Source of the DNA: a virus
Lineage: Duplodnaviria; Caudoviricetes
DNA: 64,000 nucleotides
Reading direction: 5' to 3' (one strand)
IMG/VR virus record: IMGVR_UViG_3300028833_000109
Coordinates: 1 to 64,000 of that record
In this document: one piece after another, positions 35,913 to 46,098 of the stretch
How positions within the stretch are numbered: the stretch's first letter is position 1
Layout: every line of letters begins with the position of its first letter
Notes under the pieces: generated by a model
Told to the model about the DNA's origin: nothing
Seen by the model: only the letters and a program-made list of their open reading frames with translations
The model's database searches: none
Made by a program: the position numbers and the translations under genes

Positions 35913-36395
35913 TCAGGCGATTTTCCGTACTGATTCAATCAGCTTGTCCATTTTGGGGACGTTGAAACGATTTTCCCAAAACGTCTCGCGGAACGGCGCG
36001 GGTAGGATTTTCTGAATGATGAAATTCACCAGTTCAACCCACGTTTTGCTGGATTTTGTTGACCAGTCCTTGACGTAATAGCCGCGCTCGTCGGTGATTT
36101 TCTCGGCGAGAAGAATCGGTTTCGTGAGTTCATAAACTCGCTCGTTATCTTCATCGGACAACAGGAACATTTCTTTTTCATCGGTGATCCTGTCGCCGAC
36201 TTTGATGCCGATGCGCTCGTAAGCATCTTCAGCGAAAAACTCGTTTTCACGCAAAACGCGGTTATAGACTTCATTAACCTGCTGGTCTTGCAACTTGCGG
36301 CCAGCCTCGGCCTCGTCGTAGGTCGCTAACAGTTCCCTCAGTTTTTCGACGTTCTCCGTGCGGTTGCGAATCAATTCATTTAATAATTTTTCCAT
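35913..36395 (-). CDS. Hypothetical early protein
   Basis: ORF with leader. Confidence 0.65.
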   Translation of the reverse strand: MEKLLNELIRNRTENVEKLRELLATYDEAEAGRKLQDQQVNEVYNRVLRENEFFAEDAYERIGIKVGDRITDEKEMFLLSDEDNERVYELTKPILLAEKITDERGYYVKDWSTKSSKTWVELVNFIIQKILPAPFRETFWENRFNVPKMDKLIESVRKIA

Positions 36396-36467
36396 AATTG
36401 CAAAATTTTATTGGTTAAACAAAAGTTAGTGACCAGCGGGATATTGTTCCCGCCGGCCTCGTGAGAG

Positions 36468-37367
36468 TTAAACGCCCATAGGATTGTCGCAATACTTGAT
36501 GTATTCCTCGCGTTCGCGCTTGTATTCCTCAGAGTTGAAATCTACAGGCTTGTAAATTCCATCGCTGATGTTGGGCGACCATGTGACGATTTCGTTTTGC
36601 TCGTTTACGACAAAACCATCGACGATTTTGCCGTTGAAAAGCACCTTAATCGGTTTTCCGTTCTTGGGCGCATCTTCTTCGCGTGTGTAACACTTGTGTA
36701 CAATCTTCTGGTAACTCGCGTCTTTGAGCTCGTTAAACGTGTGGGTTTCGTAACCGACGTATTTCGCCCAGGCTTTGAAAGCCTTCTCGGATTTGAAACT
36801 CATGGCGTTAAAACCATAATCGCCAGTGTTCTCGATCCATACAGCGTAACGCGGTGGCTCGCCGTTGCTTCTCGGCAACTCGTCAGAGCGATAAACGAAC
36901 GAGCGAGTAACCTTGTCGGTGTCGTAGGGAATAATCCATTTGCGGACTTTCAGCGGGAAATAAATTCCCTGGTGAGCGCCCGCGCCGTGACAGCCCCAAG
37001 TCCACACGACGTTGAAATCTTCGCCAGCGGGTTGAAGTTCCGAAGCGTCTTTGCTGACGAACGCACCGCCAGAGGTGGAAAAATATTTTCCATCGGTGTG
37101 CGATGTGCCAGCTTCGCAGATGCAAAGTTTTCCGTTGTGGTACATGTTCTCGACGATTTTTCCATGCTTGTAAACATGGAAGCCATCGGAAAACTCAACG
37201 ATGTCGCCGATTTTCGGCCCGTTGATGTGTCCGTATGTCTCGTTGTAGGTTTTCTCGACCTTGAGCGCGATGTCGTAACAGCGTTGCATTTCTTTCTCGT
37301 GATAATCGGGAAATTGATAACTACCAAAAGCTGCGTTTCTCTGCTTGAAATTCTCAAAAGTTTCCAT
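36468..37367 (-). CDS. DUF4121-like protein
   Basis: P.IGD.VEF, ICE, STSGGAF, W.WG..GA.A..G..F. Confidence 0.55.
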   Translation of the reverse strand: METFENFKQRNAAFGSYQFPDYHEKEMQRCYDIALKVEKTYNETYGHINGPKIGDIVEFSDGFHVYKHGKIVENMYHNGKLCICEAGTSHTDGKYFSTSGGAFVSKDASELQPAGEDFNVVWTWGCHGAGAHQGIYFPLKVRKWIIPYDTDKVTRSFVYRSDELPRSNGEPPRYAVWIENTGDYGFNAMSFKSEKAFKAWAKYVGYETHTFNELKDASYQKIVHKCYTREEDAPKNGKPIKVLFNGKIVDGFVVNEQNEIVTWSPNISDGIYKPVDFNSEEYKREREEYIKYCDNPMGV

Positions 37368-37437
37368 AATATTGAAAATTATTGGTTAATAAAGTGAGTA
37401 AGCGAAACAGGCGGGATTTCTCGCCGCCTGAATCATG

Positions 37438-37941
37438 TTAGCCCCATTTTGCCGCGCTGTATTCGGCATCGTAACTGACGATGTGGGAAAGAAGTACAAA
37501 AATCATTTCGTGCAGGATTTTGTGAAATTTCTCGTACTGTTCTTTTCTCGGCCATGTGTTGTAAAATTCTGGCCGCATCCAGCCTTTTGCGTCGGTGTTG
37601 TACTCGATGCACTGCAAAGTTTTCACAAGCTGGCAAATTCCGATGCACTTTTGTTTCGTGATGTCGATAGCGTGAAGCGCACAGCCCCAGTCGATAGGCT
37701 CGAAATCGGTGAACTCTCCGCGATGATACGCCACAGCGTTGAAAATCCATGCGAGGTGAACAAATTCGTTTGCTTTTTCTCTCACGTTTTTTTCATCGTG
37801 TTTGTAGTAACCTGTCGGTCCCATGAAAGATTCGCAGAACCACAGCGGCGTTTCTTTTGTGTGTTCACGCCAGAAAGTTGCGCTGCACATTGTTTCGCGT
37901 ACTTGTGCGAGAGTGTCGATTGATAACGGAAGTGTACTCAT
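37438..37941 (-). CDS. Hypothetical early protein
   Basis: ORF with leader. Confidence 0.65.
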   Translation of the reverse strand: MSTLPLSIDTLAQVRETMCSATFWREHTKETPLWFCESFMGPTGYYKHDEKNVREKANEFVHLAWIFNAVAYHRGEFTDFEPIDWGCALHAIDITKQKCIGICQLVKTLQCIEYNTDAKGWMRPEFYNTWPRKEQYEKFHKILHEMIFVLLSHIVSYDAEYSAAKWG

Positions 37942-38009
37942 AATCGTAGAATTTAATTGGTTAAATACTCAGCCGACCGACGCGCGGCAAAGCGCACCAG
38001 CCGATAGGG

Positions 38010-38594
38010 TCATTCGCCAAGAATGTAGTCAGCGAAATTGTTCGGGCGCATCAAATCGTCGTTCCAATCCACTGTGTCGGCAAAATCCTCAAGCACGCTG
38101 CTGGCCTCAATCCTTGTGATACCGAGGTCGTTCTCATAATCCGAGAGATAGATAGAACCGATGCCGCACTGATTGAACAGCCTGCAAAGTTCCTCGCGGT
38201 CGAGGTCGTAAACGTCGCGGTATTCTTGCACATCATCATCGTAGCGCACCATGAAGTCGTCGCAGTCTTGCAGTACAACCCTGCCGAGTTCATCGTTTTT
38301 GCCGATGCACTTGTAAAGCTGTCCGCAGTAAACGACATCCTTATCGCACGGCTCGATGGGGAACAAGTCCTCCAGCCTGATTTGGCTCTCGCCGTGAATA
38401 TTCTCGACGATTTCAACACGGCACCACTCGCAATATTGTTCAGGTGTCGGGTCTGGCGAACCGTCGGTGTAATACGGGCGATATTCGCTGATTGTCACGA
38501 CCTGCGGATCAACGTCAAGGTTGTTGTCCCACTCAAAACTCATGGGGTAGAAGATAACCTTGTTTCCAGGTTTGATAAAATCTTTGTAGTCCAT
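38010..38594 (-). CDS. Hypothetical early protein
   Basis: Acidic ORF; start placed by leader. Confidence 0.65.
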   Translation of the reverse strand: MDYKDFIKPGNKVIFYPMSFEWDNNLDVDPQVVTISEYRPYYTDGSPDPTPEQYCEWCRVEIVENIHGESQIRLEDLFPIEPCDKDVVYCGQLYKCIGKNDELGRVVLQDCDDFMVRYDDDVQEYRDVYDLDREELCRLFNQCGIGSIYLSDYENDLGITRIEASSVLEDFADTVDWNDDLMRPNNFADYILGE

Positions 38595-38671
38595 AATCAA
38601 ATCAAATTTAGTGGTTAATAACTTGGTGAGCGAGCGACCGCAACAGCCGCCCGCCCTGAGTAAAGCAAAAA

Positions 38672-39016
38672 TCAATTTTCGTACTTTGGAAACTCAGCGA
38701 GGAATCCATCGACCTTCAGGTCGTGCAGTTCATCGTCGGTCAAATCTTCTTTGCGCTTGTAATACATAAGCACTTCGGGATTTTTCGTACTGAACACAGG
38801 ATAAAAACCAAGTTCCGAAAAACTTTGCGCGAAACATTCAAGACCGAAGCGCAGGTAAATTCCGTACTGGTGGTCTTGTTGGTCGGTTATTGGTCCCCAG
38901 TTCCAATTTGATGAATGGTCAGAGGGTGACAAACCGCCGAAATATTTTTCCTTTAATGCGTAGAGCGCAATATTTTTCAGTTCCAAATCCGTGTAATAAC
39001 TTTTTTTCTTTGCCAT
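38672..39016 (-). CDS. Hypothetical early protein
   Basis: ORF with leader. Confidence 0.6.
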   Translation of the reverse strand: MAKKKSYYTDLELKNIALYALKEKYFGGLSPSDHSSNWNWGPITDQQDHQYGIYLRFGLECFAQSFSELGFYPVFSTKNPEVLMYYKRKEDLTDDELHDLKVDGFLAEFPKYEN

Positions 39017-39080
39017 AATCGTGAATTTTTAAAAGTGAATAATCGTACTCCCGCCAGCCGCACGGCCAGCGAGAACAATT

Positions 39081-39611
39081 TTAGGCGACAATAGCGCAGG
39101 GCTTGTAATACTTGTTGTTTTCCTCGTCGAGCAAATACTCGCTGAGATTGTAGAAAAACGGCTCGATGTAGCCCACAACTTCAGCGTCGTTAAAATCTTC
39201 GCTGTAAATTTTGTAGCAAACATTCTCGGTGTAGTTTACAATCATCACGAGTTCCTGCTGGTAGAACATTTCGACCAGCCTTTTTGCGTGATACTCGAAA
39301 AGATTTGAGCAACGGTCGCGCAATTTCTTGCACATAGCGAGAAGTTTTTCAAGTTCAGGCGTTGAGCCGAAACTGTAAACGGATTTGTCGATACCATCAA
39401 TAATTCCATCGTAATCTTTTACGCGGATAAAATTGTGGTTATAGAATCCGAGGCTCCAGTCGGACAAATACGGCGTGATGCAGTGTAATTTATCCGTGAG
39501 CCAGTCCATTTCGCAGTCCTGAACGTAATTGTCAAATTTCTCGCGCAGTTTTTTGTCGCGCTTGAGCAATTCGATTTGCTTTTCTACTGTGAGTTCTGAA
39601 AACTTTTTCAT
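39081..39611 (-). CDS. Hypothetical early protein
   Basis: ORF with leader. Confidence 0.65.
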   Translation of the reverse strand: MKKFSELTVEKQIELLKRDKKLREKFDNYVQDCEMDWLTDKLHCITPYLSDWSLGFYNHNFIRVKDYDGIIDGIDKSVYSFGSTPELEKLLAMCKKLRDRCSNLFEYHAKRLVEMFYQQELVMIVNYTENVCYKIYSEDFNDAEVVGYIEPFFYNLSEYLLDEENNKYYKPCAIVA

Positions 39612-39681
39612 AATTGATAAAATTTATTGGTTAATAACTTGGTGAGCGCGGCAATTATCGTACTGTCGCGCCCAAATTTCA

Positions 39682-39966
39682 TCATCTGCCGATGCTCACA
39701 ATCTTTGCGCTTGTTGTCACGTTCACGCGCAAAATCGTGTCGTAAACTTCATCGCCGCCGGTCACTTCAATTTCTTTGCAAAAATCATAGTGCGCTGCCG
39801 TGAACACGCCAAATTTTATGTACGGCAAATCATGATACAAACCGCGGAAATACGCGGCTTTTTTCTCGCACTCGTGACGTGAGCCACTGCAAACTGATAC
39901 GGCGTACTTTTCTTCGTCGTGAAACTTCACAACGACGAATTTTTCTTTGCTTGAAAAGTCAATCAT
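39682..39966 (-). CDS. Hypothetical early protein
   Basis: ORF with leader. Confidence 0.6.
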   Translation of the reverse strand: MIDFSSKEKFVVVKFHDEEKYAVSVCSGSRHECEKKAAYFRGLYHDLPYIKFGVFTAAHYDFCKEIEVTGGDEVYDTILRVNVTTSAKIVSIGR

Positions 39967-39991
39967 AACTGAAAAAATTTATTAGTGAAAT

Positions 39992-40080
39992 AATTATCGT
40001 ACTGTCGGCCAGTGGAACACACCAGCCGACAATTTTCGTACTCTCGGACAATTATCGTACTACTCAATAATTATCGTACT
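39992..40080. repeat. AATTWTCGTACT direct repeats with 19-bp period
   Basis: Copies at 39992, 40031, 40050, 40069; further copy at 39653. Confidence 0.8.
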
Positions 40081-40306
40081 ACATGCCCCAGGTAGCGAGA
40101 TTATTCTGCAAGCCAGACTTTTCAACCTGCCACTGCAAAAAATCATTCTCGCGTTTCAGTTCCTCGACCTGGTTTAACGCGGCGTTTCTCTCCATGCACA
40201 CGCGGCTGTAGCCATCGCAAGCGCACAAATAGAGACACACAAGCGTGAAACAAGCGATAGCGAGAATCACGCACAAAACACTCAGGGAATAGACAATCTT
40301 TTTCAT
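40079..40306 (-). CDS. Small membrane-anchored coiled-coil protein
   Basis: Hydrophobic N-terminal helix. Confidence 0.6.
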   Translation of the reverse strand: MKKIVYSLSVLCVILAIACFTLVCLYLCACDGYSRVCMERNAALNQVEELKRENDFLQWQVEKSGLQNNLATWGM

Positions 40307-40350
40307 AGTCGTATCATTTTTTGGTTAATAGCTTTGCGCTTCACAGCGGG

Positions 40351-40734
40351 TCAAACCGCTGCAAAGTAAAATTTGCGGCACTCAGCCCAATCAATACCGT
40401 ATTGCGCCAGAGTGTTTTTGTCGATCCGAAAATTTTGCATCGCGTTTCTCAGGTGTGACCACCAGTTTTCGCGCTTTTGCAGAAAAATATCGGATTTTTT
40501 GTTCTTTATATCTTGAAGCTCAAGATATTTGGCGCGGGAAACCCGCAGCACTCTGGCCACGGGCTCCATTTCGTCGAGTTCCTCTAAAAAAGTTTTCTTT
40601 TCCTTTTTTATCGGCTCGTCGTCGCACCACAAATTTTGCATCGCGCTAAATTGTTCGGGCGTGAGACGTTGAATGTCGTAACCCTGGGCATTTGCGAGCG
40701 CGAGCACCATTAATTTGCGAGAATAACCGTTCAT
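40351..40734 (-). CDS. Hypothetical early protein
   Basis: 127-aa ORF. Confidence 0.6.
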   Translation of the reverse strand: MNGYSRKLMVLALANAQGYDIQRLTPEQFSAMQNLWCDDEPIKKEKKTFLEELDEMEPVARVLRVSRAKYLELQDIKNKKSDIFLQKRENWWSHLRNAMQNFRIDKNTLAQYGIDWAECRKFYFAAV

Positions 40735-40892
40735 GCCGTTACAGGTTTTACGCCGATAGTCTTGAATCTCACGCCGCCGATTTTATTTCCCGCGGCTGCA
40801 AGTTTCGCTAACTTCCTGGCGATTGTTCCTAACTTTTCGGCTGTTTCCTCGCGTTGTTCACCGTTAACGGTGTAAATGAATGTGTTCTGCAT
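40731..40892 (-). CDS. Small hypothetical protein (53 aa)
   Basis: MQNTFIYTVNGEQREE...; conserved leader; overlaps the next start. Confidence 0.55.
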   Translation of the reverse strand: MQNTFIYTVNGEQREETAEKLGTIARKLAKLAAAGNKIGGVRFKTIGVKPVTA

Positions 40893-41920
40893 AACTTAAT
40901 TGATTTTATTGGTTAATAAAAAGTTTGTGAACGGTGTGGATATTGCGCCACACCGCCCAGGAATTTGTGCGTATCATGAATTAAATCTAAGAAATTCACT
41001 AACCAAAAAATTCAATTATGGTACGGGCTGTCAAGCGGAAAATTTTCCACCGAAATAAATCGGGTAATCTTTTTTCACGCTTTCAGGCGCTGGCTTCCTT
41101 ATCACGCAGCGCCCGCAAAATTCTGTCGTCGCTCGGACTGTCAAACGGCGTCACCCTTTGGCGATCCCGATAACACGTTATCACGGTCGCCTGGGCTGTC
41201 TCACACGGAAATTTATCGACACGTCGAAATTTTTCCGTTTAACCGGCCTCGGTTTTAACTCGGTTTTACCGTTTGAATTTCCGTTAAGTTCTTCATCAAA
41301 AAATCTCGACTGAAAAACAGTCGAAAAATTTCGATGAAAAACAAGCTGCAATTTATTGCGGCCCGGCCTGCAAATTGCCCCAAGCCCTGGGGCCTGGGTA
41401 CATGTGGACTAATAGACCACATCAAAGATCGCATTTAATACCATGGGCGCGGCTTGCATCGCTAGCAAGCTGTCAAGTCGTGAAACTGTCAAGTTAGACA
41501 GGATCACAAGCCAGACAACCGGCCCCGCGTCGCTTTAACCGCGTCGAGGGTATTATATTTGCCCCTGGGCCACATCATAACCCGCTGTTAGGATATTGCA
41601 CCCGCGGCGGGTAATAATGTTATCCAGATAGACCAAACAGGCAGCACACGACACACACGACACACACGACCGGCCCCGCGTCGATGAGAAGCGAGACAGG
41701 CCCCAGGCCGTTATATTTCGGTGTACCTGAATAGTCCAGCAGGGACCAAAGAAAAACAGCCTACATTTTGAATGTAAGCTATTATTTTGTGCCTAACATA
41801 TATCCGATACAGTAACAAAGTTACACGGCCCCACGGCCGTTATTAGGCGAAATTTTAAGTATTAAAAAATTTGGGGCCCGAAAAATTTTCAAGCCCCAAA
41901 AATTTGTGAAGGGAAAAATT

Positions 41921-42130
41921 TTAGTCGTTATCAAAAACTTTTTTCACAAAGCAATACCAAGTATATAACCAGGCACACGAAACAGCGAGGAAAAGAAAAA
42001 TATTTAACCAGCCGTGATAATTAATAAGGTCTGCAATATAACCGGTAATTAAACCGATAACAACCATATTATACAGGCAAATGAAAAACACATGAATTAA
42101 CGCACATGTATTGTTAATTAACTTTTTCAT
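41921..42130 (-). CDS. Small two-helix membrane protein
   Basis: Two hydrophobic segments. Confidence 0.5.
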   Translation of the reverse strand: MKKLINNTCALIHVFFICLYNMVVIGLITGYIADLINYHGWLNIFLFLAVSCAWLYTWYCFVKKVFDND

Positions 42131-42186
42131 AGTCTCTAATATTGTGGCCTGGGCCGCGTCGATGCAAGCCCAGGCCGGGTAAATAA

Positions 42187-42966
42187 TTACAATCTTTCAA
42201 CGCTGTTGAAGGTACATAAACCGCGAATATTATCCGAAACAACTTGAATAATTTCGGACTCGGTGTAAAATCCAGTGAGGGCAATAGCTTTTGCCATGGT
42301 ACCAAGTGAAGTCAAAGAAAATTTTGCTTCACCTTTAAAATTAATCATTTTGCCAATTGCATTGCGTTTCATTGAATAGCTTGCAACCGACTTAATAAGA
42401 TTGCTAACTGTGACGCTGGCAGGCTCAATAAAGTAGCTTATTTCGTCGCTCAATGTTTGGCGGGTGTAACCGCTGTTTTCGTCGTCGCTACTGTGATAGA
42501 TATTCACAGAATTACCAGTAACTAAATTGTCACGATCTAAACAGGCATTACCGCAATAGTTAAGAATATCATTCTTTAACTCGACATTGCTGTTAATGTG
42601 GTTAATAAACTCATCGACTGTGATAGTGTTTGCAGCATCCTTTTTCGCTTGCTTGATAGTCACTTTAATAACCGACTCATTGAGGCCGGCGGCCTTGAGG
42701 GCGTTACGCGTCGCAACTTCATCAAAAGCGACGCCCGCGGGAGTAAACGACTCAAAATGTTTTCTCAGGGCCTGAATTGTTTTAGCTTTATTCATTTCGG
42801 CCAACTCGGCGTTATCAACCTGGGCAGCAGTCCCGGCGCCCTTTGCATCGCTTTTTGTAGTCGTATTGTCGTCGATCTCGACTACTGGCAAATTATTTGC
42901 CGGGTTAATCACTTGAGGATCGGCGCTACTTTGCACCGCGTCACTCGTTTTAGTTAATTTACTCAT
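42187..42966 (-). CDS. Hypothetical protein, first gene of the leftward unit
   Basis: 259-aa ORF behind a consensus promoter. Confidence 0.7.
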   Translation of the reverse strand: MSKLTKTSDAVQSSADPQVINPANNLPVVEIDDNTTTKSDAKGAGTAAQVDNAELAEMNKAKTIQALRKHFESFTPAGVAFDEVATRNALKAAGLNESVIKVTIKQAKKDAANTITVDEFINHINSNVELKNDILNYCGNACLDRDNLVTGNSVNIYHSSDDENSGYTRQTLSDEISYFIEPASVTVSNLIKSVASYSMKRNAIGKMINFKGEAKFSLTSLGTMAKAIALTGFYTESEIIQVVSDNIRGLCTFNSVERL

Positions 42967-43015
42967 AATCAATACTTTATTTAAAATGTTAATAATATAT
43001 GTATCTAAACATCTA

Positions 43016-43046
43016 CAAAGTTATAACAAATAATTAATATAACAAA
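43016..43046 (-). promoter_or_regulatory. Bacteroidota promoter (leftward early)
   Basis: Minus strand TTTG - 19 nt - TAACTTTG. Confidence 0.6.
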
Positions 43047-43080
43047 TTATTTATATCTTTTTTTTGTGATTATTGTAAAA

Positions 43081-43119
43081 ACTACTGTTTTCGGTAGTAA
43101 CTACCTTTTTCGGTAGTAG
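43081..43119. repeat. Tandem pair of palindromic 19-mers (operator-like)
   Basis: ACTACTGTTTTCGGTAGTA / ACTACCTTTTTCGGTAGTA. Confidence 0.6.
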
Positions 43120-44184
43120 TCGCAAATTAGACCTCAGGACAACAAGAACACACAACACGACACAGTTACACCCAGGGACATTTTAAAAGCGTCTCAGGCC
43201 GTAATATAAGGTAGTAGGCACAACAGGACACGACAGGCCTGGCACAGATCCAGAGACAACCGGCCCAACAGTTAAACGGGATATATAACAACCTGGGCGA
43301 CGTCTCACAGGATCAGACCGGCGGCACCTGTATAGCTGTGACCCCTCAAGACCTGAAACAAGGTAAACGGACTATTTCTATATGATGAGTAAATGAAGGG
43401 ACAGCCAGACCGACAACGGCGGCGGCACGTCTCGACAGATCCAGACCGATAACAAGACAACACACACGGCGCCCGGCCTGGGCTATTTCTCGAAATAAAC
43501 AAGGTAGTATAATAGTCGATGATTAAAACACGACAGAAGACAGGAGAACAAGCTACATTATATAATGATTAAACAAGGTAAAACAAGCGAGAAAACAGGA
43601 GTAAATAACAAGTGAGTAAATAAGGAAAAAAGGGAGTAAACAGACGAAATTTGGTGCATCATTGCAGCCTGGGCGACGTGACGCGGGACACATATTTATA
43701 TAGGTATATAAATCACTGCAATACTGAAAAACCGCTGAATTATTGACTATTACACCACCGGCCCCCCAAATCGGGGAAATTGCCCGACAATGTGACCCCT
43801 CGTCGAGATTTTTTAATTTTTTCGATTTTCAATTTTCCGTTTTCCGTTTTCGGCAATCCCTTTATTCATCGGCATTCGTGACTGGAAATGTACCAAATTC
43901 CGCAAAAGTGCAAAAAACACGGAAAGTGGCGTTTTTCCTAGTGAAAATTCGTTAAATTACTGTTAACAATGTACTAAAACGGGGTTTTTGGGGTCAAAAA
44001 TGTACCTTTCCAGTGAATGAAATTTGATTTCCACTTTTAATGTTTATTGTTTGTTTTCAATAGTTTACCTTTGTGCCGATGTACCAAATGAACAAAATGT
44101 ACCTTATTTTGGACATTGGTAAATATGATTTTATATTATTGTTTTTAGGTCGGTTTCAAAAAATTGAGGGATTCCGTGTCAAAT

Positions 44185-45621
44185 ATGGCTGATTTGGGTG
44201 TCATAGAGCGTTTAGGCGGTGAGATTCACTCGTCGTTGAACAAGCGTTCGTTGCGTAACGCCTATCAGCAGCCGAGGTTCGGTGACAGGCTGTACGGTTA
44301 CCAGGAGTTGGTTATGGAGGCTTGTTCCAAGGTGTTGCGTTACCGTTTGGGTGACGTGTACTATTTTGACGGCGTGGTATGGAGGGAGTTGCCCGACATT
44401 GTTTTGGAGTCCGCTTTGAACAGGGCTTTGGTCAAGGGTGGCGTGTCTAAGAGCGATTTGGTCAATGCCAGGTCTAGGCTTATGCACAGTGCCAAGGGTG
44501 GTGCTTCTATGAGTCCTTTGATGCTGAGTGCTTCTGTGACTGCTTTCCGCAATGGTGTTTGGGATTTCAGTGACATAGACAATCCCGTGAGGCATGAGTT
44601 CTTTGACAGGATGCCTGTCGTTAGGGTGTTGCCTTACGATTATGACCCCGATGCCGTGTGTCCGATGTGGCGCGGTTTTCTCGGTTCGATACTCCCTTCG
44701 GGTGATGTCGTCAAGTTGCAGAAGTTCCTGGGCTTGGGTTGTGTTGACCGCACGAAGATGTCGAGCAAGGTCGAGACTGCGTTGTGGCTCATCGGTTCTG
44801 GTGCCAATGGCAAGTCAACGATATTCGATGTCGTGCGCGGTGTGTACGGTGCGGACAACTTGTCGTATGCTGGTTTGGACACGTTGATTGGCGGCAGTCC
44901 AGAGGCTCGTGCGAGGTTCATCGGCGGCATCGCTGGCAAGCTGTTCAACTATTGCTCCGAGGTGCAGGCCGATGACATGACGAAGTACGCCGACACGTTC
45001 AAGGCTTTGTGTTCTGGTGAGCCGCAGACGATACGCAAACTGGGCTGCAATCCTGAGACGGCTTTCGACATCCCGTTTTTGATATTCAACATGAACCGCA
45101 GACCCGTCAACCGCAAAATCGACAATGCGCTGATGCGCAGGCTGCTCATCATCCCGTTCCGCACTACCGTGAGCGCCGAGGACATGAACGCCGAGTTGGG
45201 TAGCCAGTTGCAGGGCGAGTTGAGCGGTATCCGCAACTGGATGCTTGAAGGGTATAGGATGCTTGTGCGCGACAACTTCAAATTCACGACATCGAAAGTC
45301 TCCGATGAGCAGATGACTGACTACTTGCTTGAGAACGGCCAGACGGTCCAGGTGTTCTTACAGAGGTCTGGTTTCTCGCCTAACCGCAGGTCGGGTCACT
45401 GGGAGGATAGGATGCAGTGGGTTAGCGCGTCTGAACTGTACGCCGATTATGTTAGTTTCTGCGAGCGCTGGGCTCAGGAGCCTGACAACCAGAGGGCGTT
45501 CGGCGGCGAGATGACCCGATTGGGCTGGAACGACATGTCTGGTAACCGCAAAAGGACATCGGCGGGTTATTTATACGGAATGTTTTGTGATGACAAAATC
45601 AGTTATGCGTTAGATATATGA
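44185..45621 (+). CDS. D5/P4-type SF3 helicase (primase-associated)
   Basis: AFRNGV, YDPDAVCP.W..FL, GSGANGKST, K.L.SGE, RRLLIIPF. Confidence 0.85.
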   Translation: MADLGVIERLGGEIHSSLNKRSLRNAYQQPRFGDRLYGYQELVMEACSKVLRYRLGDVYYFDGVVWRELPDIVLESALNRALVKGGVSKSDLVNARSRLMHSAKGGASMSPLMLSASVTAFRNGVWDFSDIDNPVRHEFFDRMPVVRVLPYDYDPDAVCPMWRGFLGSILPSGDVVKLQKFLGLGCVDRTKMSSKVETALWLIGSGANGKSTIFDVVRGVYGADNLSYAGLDTLIGGSPEARARFIGGIAGKLFNYCSEVQADDMTKYADTFKALCSGEPQTIRKLGCNPETAFDIPFLIFNMNRRPVNRKIDNALMRRLLIIPFRTTVSAEDMNAELGSQLQGELSGIRNWMLEGYRMLVRDNFKFTTSKVSDEQMTDYLLENGQTVQVFLQRSGFSPNRRSGHWEDRMQWVSASELYADYVSFCERWAQEPDNQRAFGGEMTRLGWNDMSGNRKRTSAGYLYGMFCDDKISYALDI

Positions 45622-46079
45622 TAGTTAAGATTAAGAAATTGAGTGACGCGGCGATCATGCCTACAAAAGCGACGCGAGGCAGTGCCGCATACGACCTTTA
45701 TGCCCCTTGCGACATGCGCGTCAAGCCTGGGAGACAAATCATCGACATGATGTTCGCCATCGAGTTGCCGTTGGGTTATGAAGCGAAGATTGAGCCGCGC
45801 AGCGGATATTCGTCAAAGGGTTTCGCGGGTTCTGCGGCATCCGACATGGAACCCGACATGCGTTTCGACTGCGACGTGCTTTTAGGCAAGATTGACAGCG
45901 ACTACAGGGGACCTATCGGTGTTATTGTCAACAACAGGGATAACGCTTTCTTCATCAAGCGCGGTCAGCGCATCGCGCAAATGACGATATACAAATCCGA
46001 AGACGCCGATTTGCGCGAAGTAGATGAACTGTCGGACACCGAGCGAGGCACCGGCGGTTTCGGCCACACGGGCAAGTAA
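45618..46079 (+). CDS. dut: dUTPase
   Basis: AAYDL, PRSG, GKIDSDYRG, RIAQ, RGTGGFGHTG. Confidence 0.95.
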   Translation: MIVKIKKLSDAAIMPTKATRGSAAYDLYAPCDMRVKPGRQIIDMMFAIELPLGYEAKIEPRSGYSSKGFAGSAASDMEPDMRFDCDVLLGKIDSDYRGPIGVIVNNRDNAFFIKRGQRIAQMTIYKSEDADLREVDELSDTERGTGGFGHTGK

Positions 46080-46098
46080 CTTTAAACAATATACGACT

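Larger units (their letters stand above)
30400..40960 (-). repeat. Dispersed conserved intergenic leader (GC hairpin + TTATTAACCAATAAAATT..ATTATG) before about 20 genes
   Basis: Plus strand CATAAT-N-ATTTTATTGGTTAATAA variants immediately right of starts at 30400, 31695, 32957, 33485, 33835, 34252, 35178, 35839, 36395, 37367, 37941, 38594, 39611, 40306, 40892. Confidence 0.8.

Noticed and set aside
27415-40960. Classical integron
   Set aside because: No attC R-box pairs or IntI-specific insertion recognised; reported only as a cassette-like array
42593-42623. Array 2 spacer 1 as a homolog of the VDEFINHI segment (spacer reverse complement encodes NVEEYIQQL)
   Set aside because: Only 18/31 nt identity; too weak without a database hit
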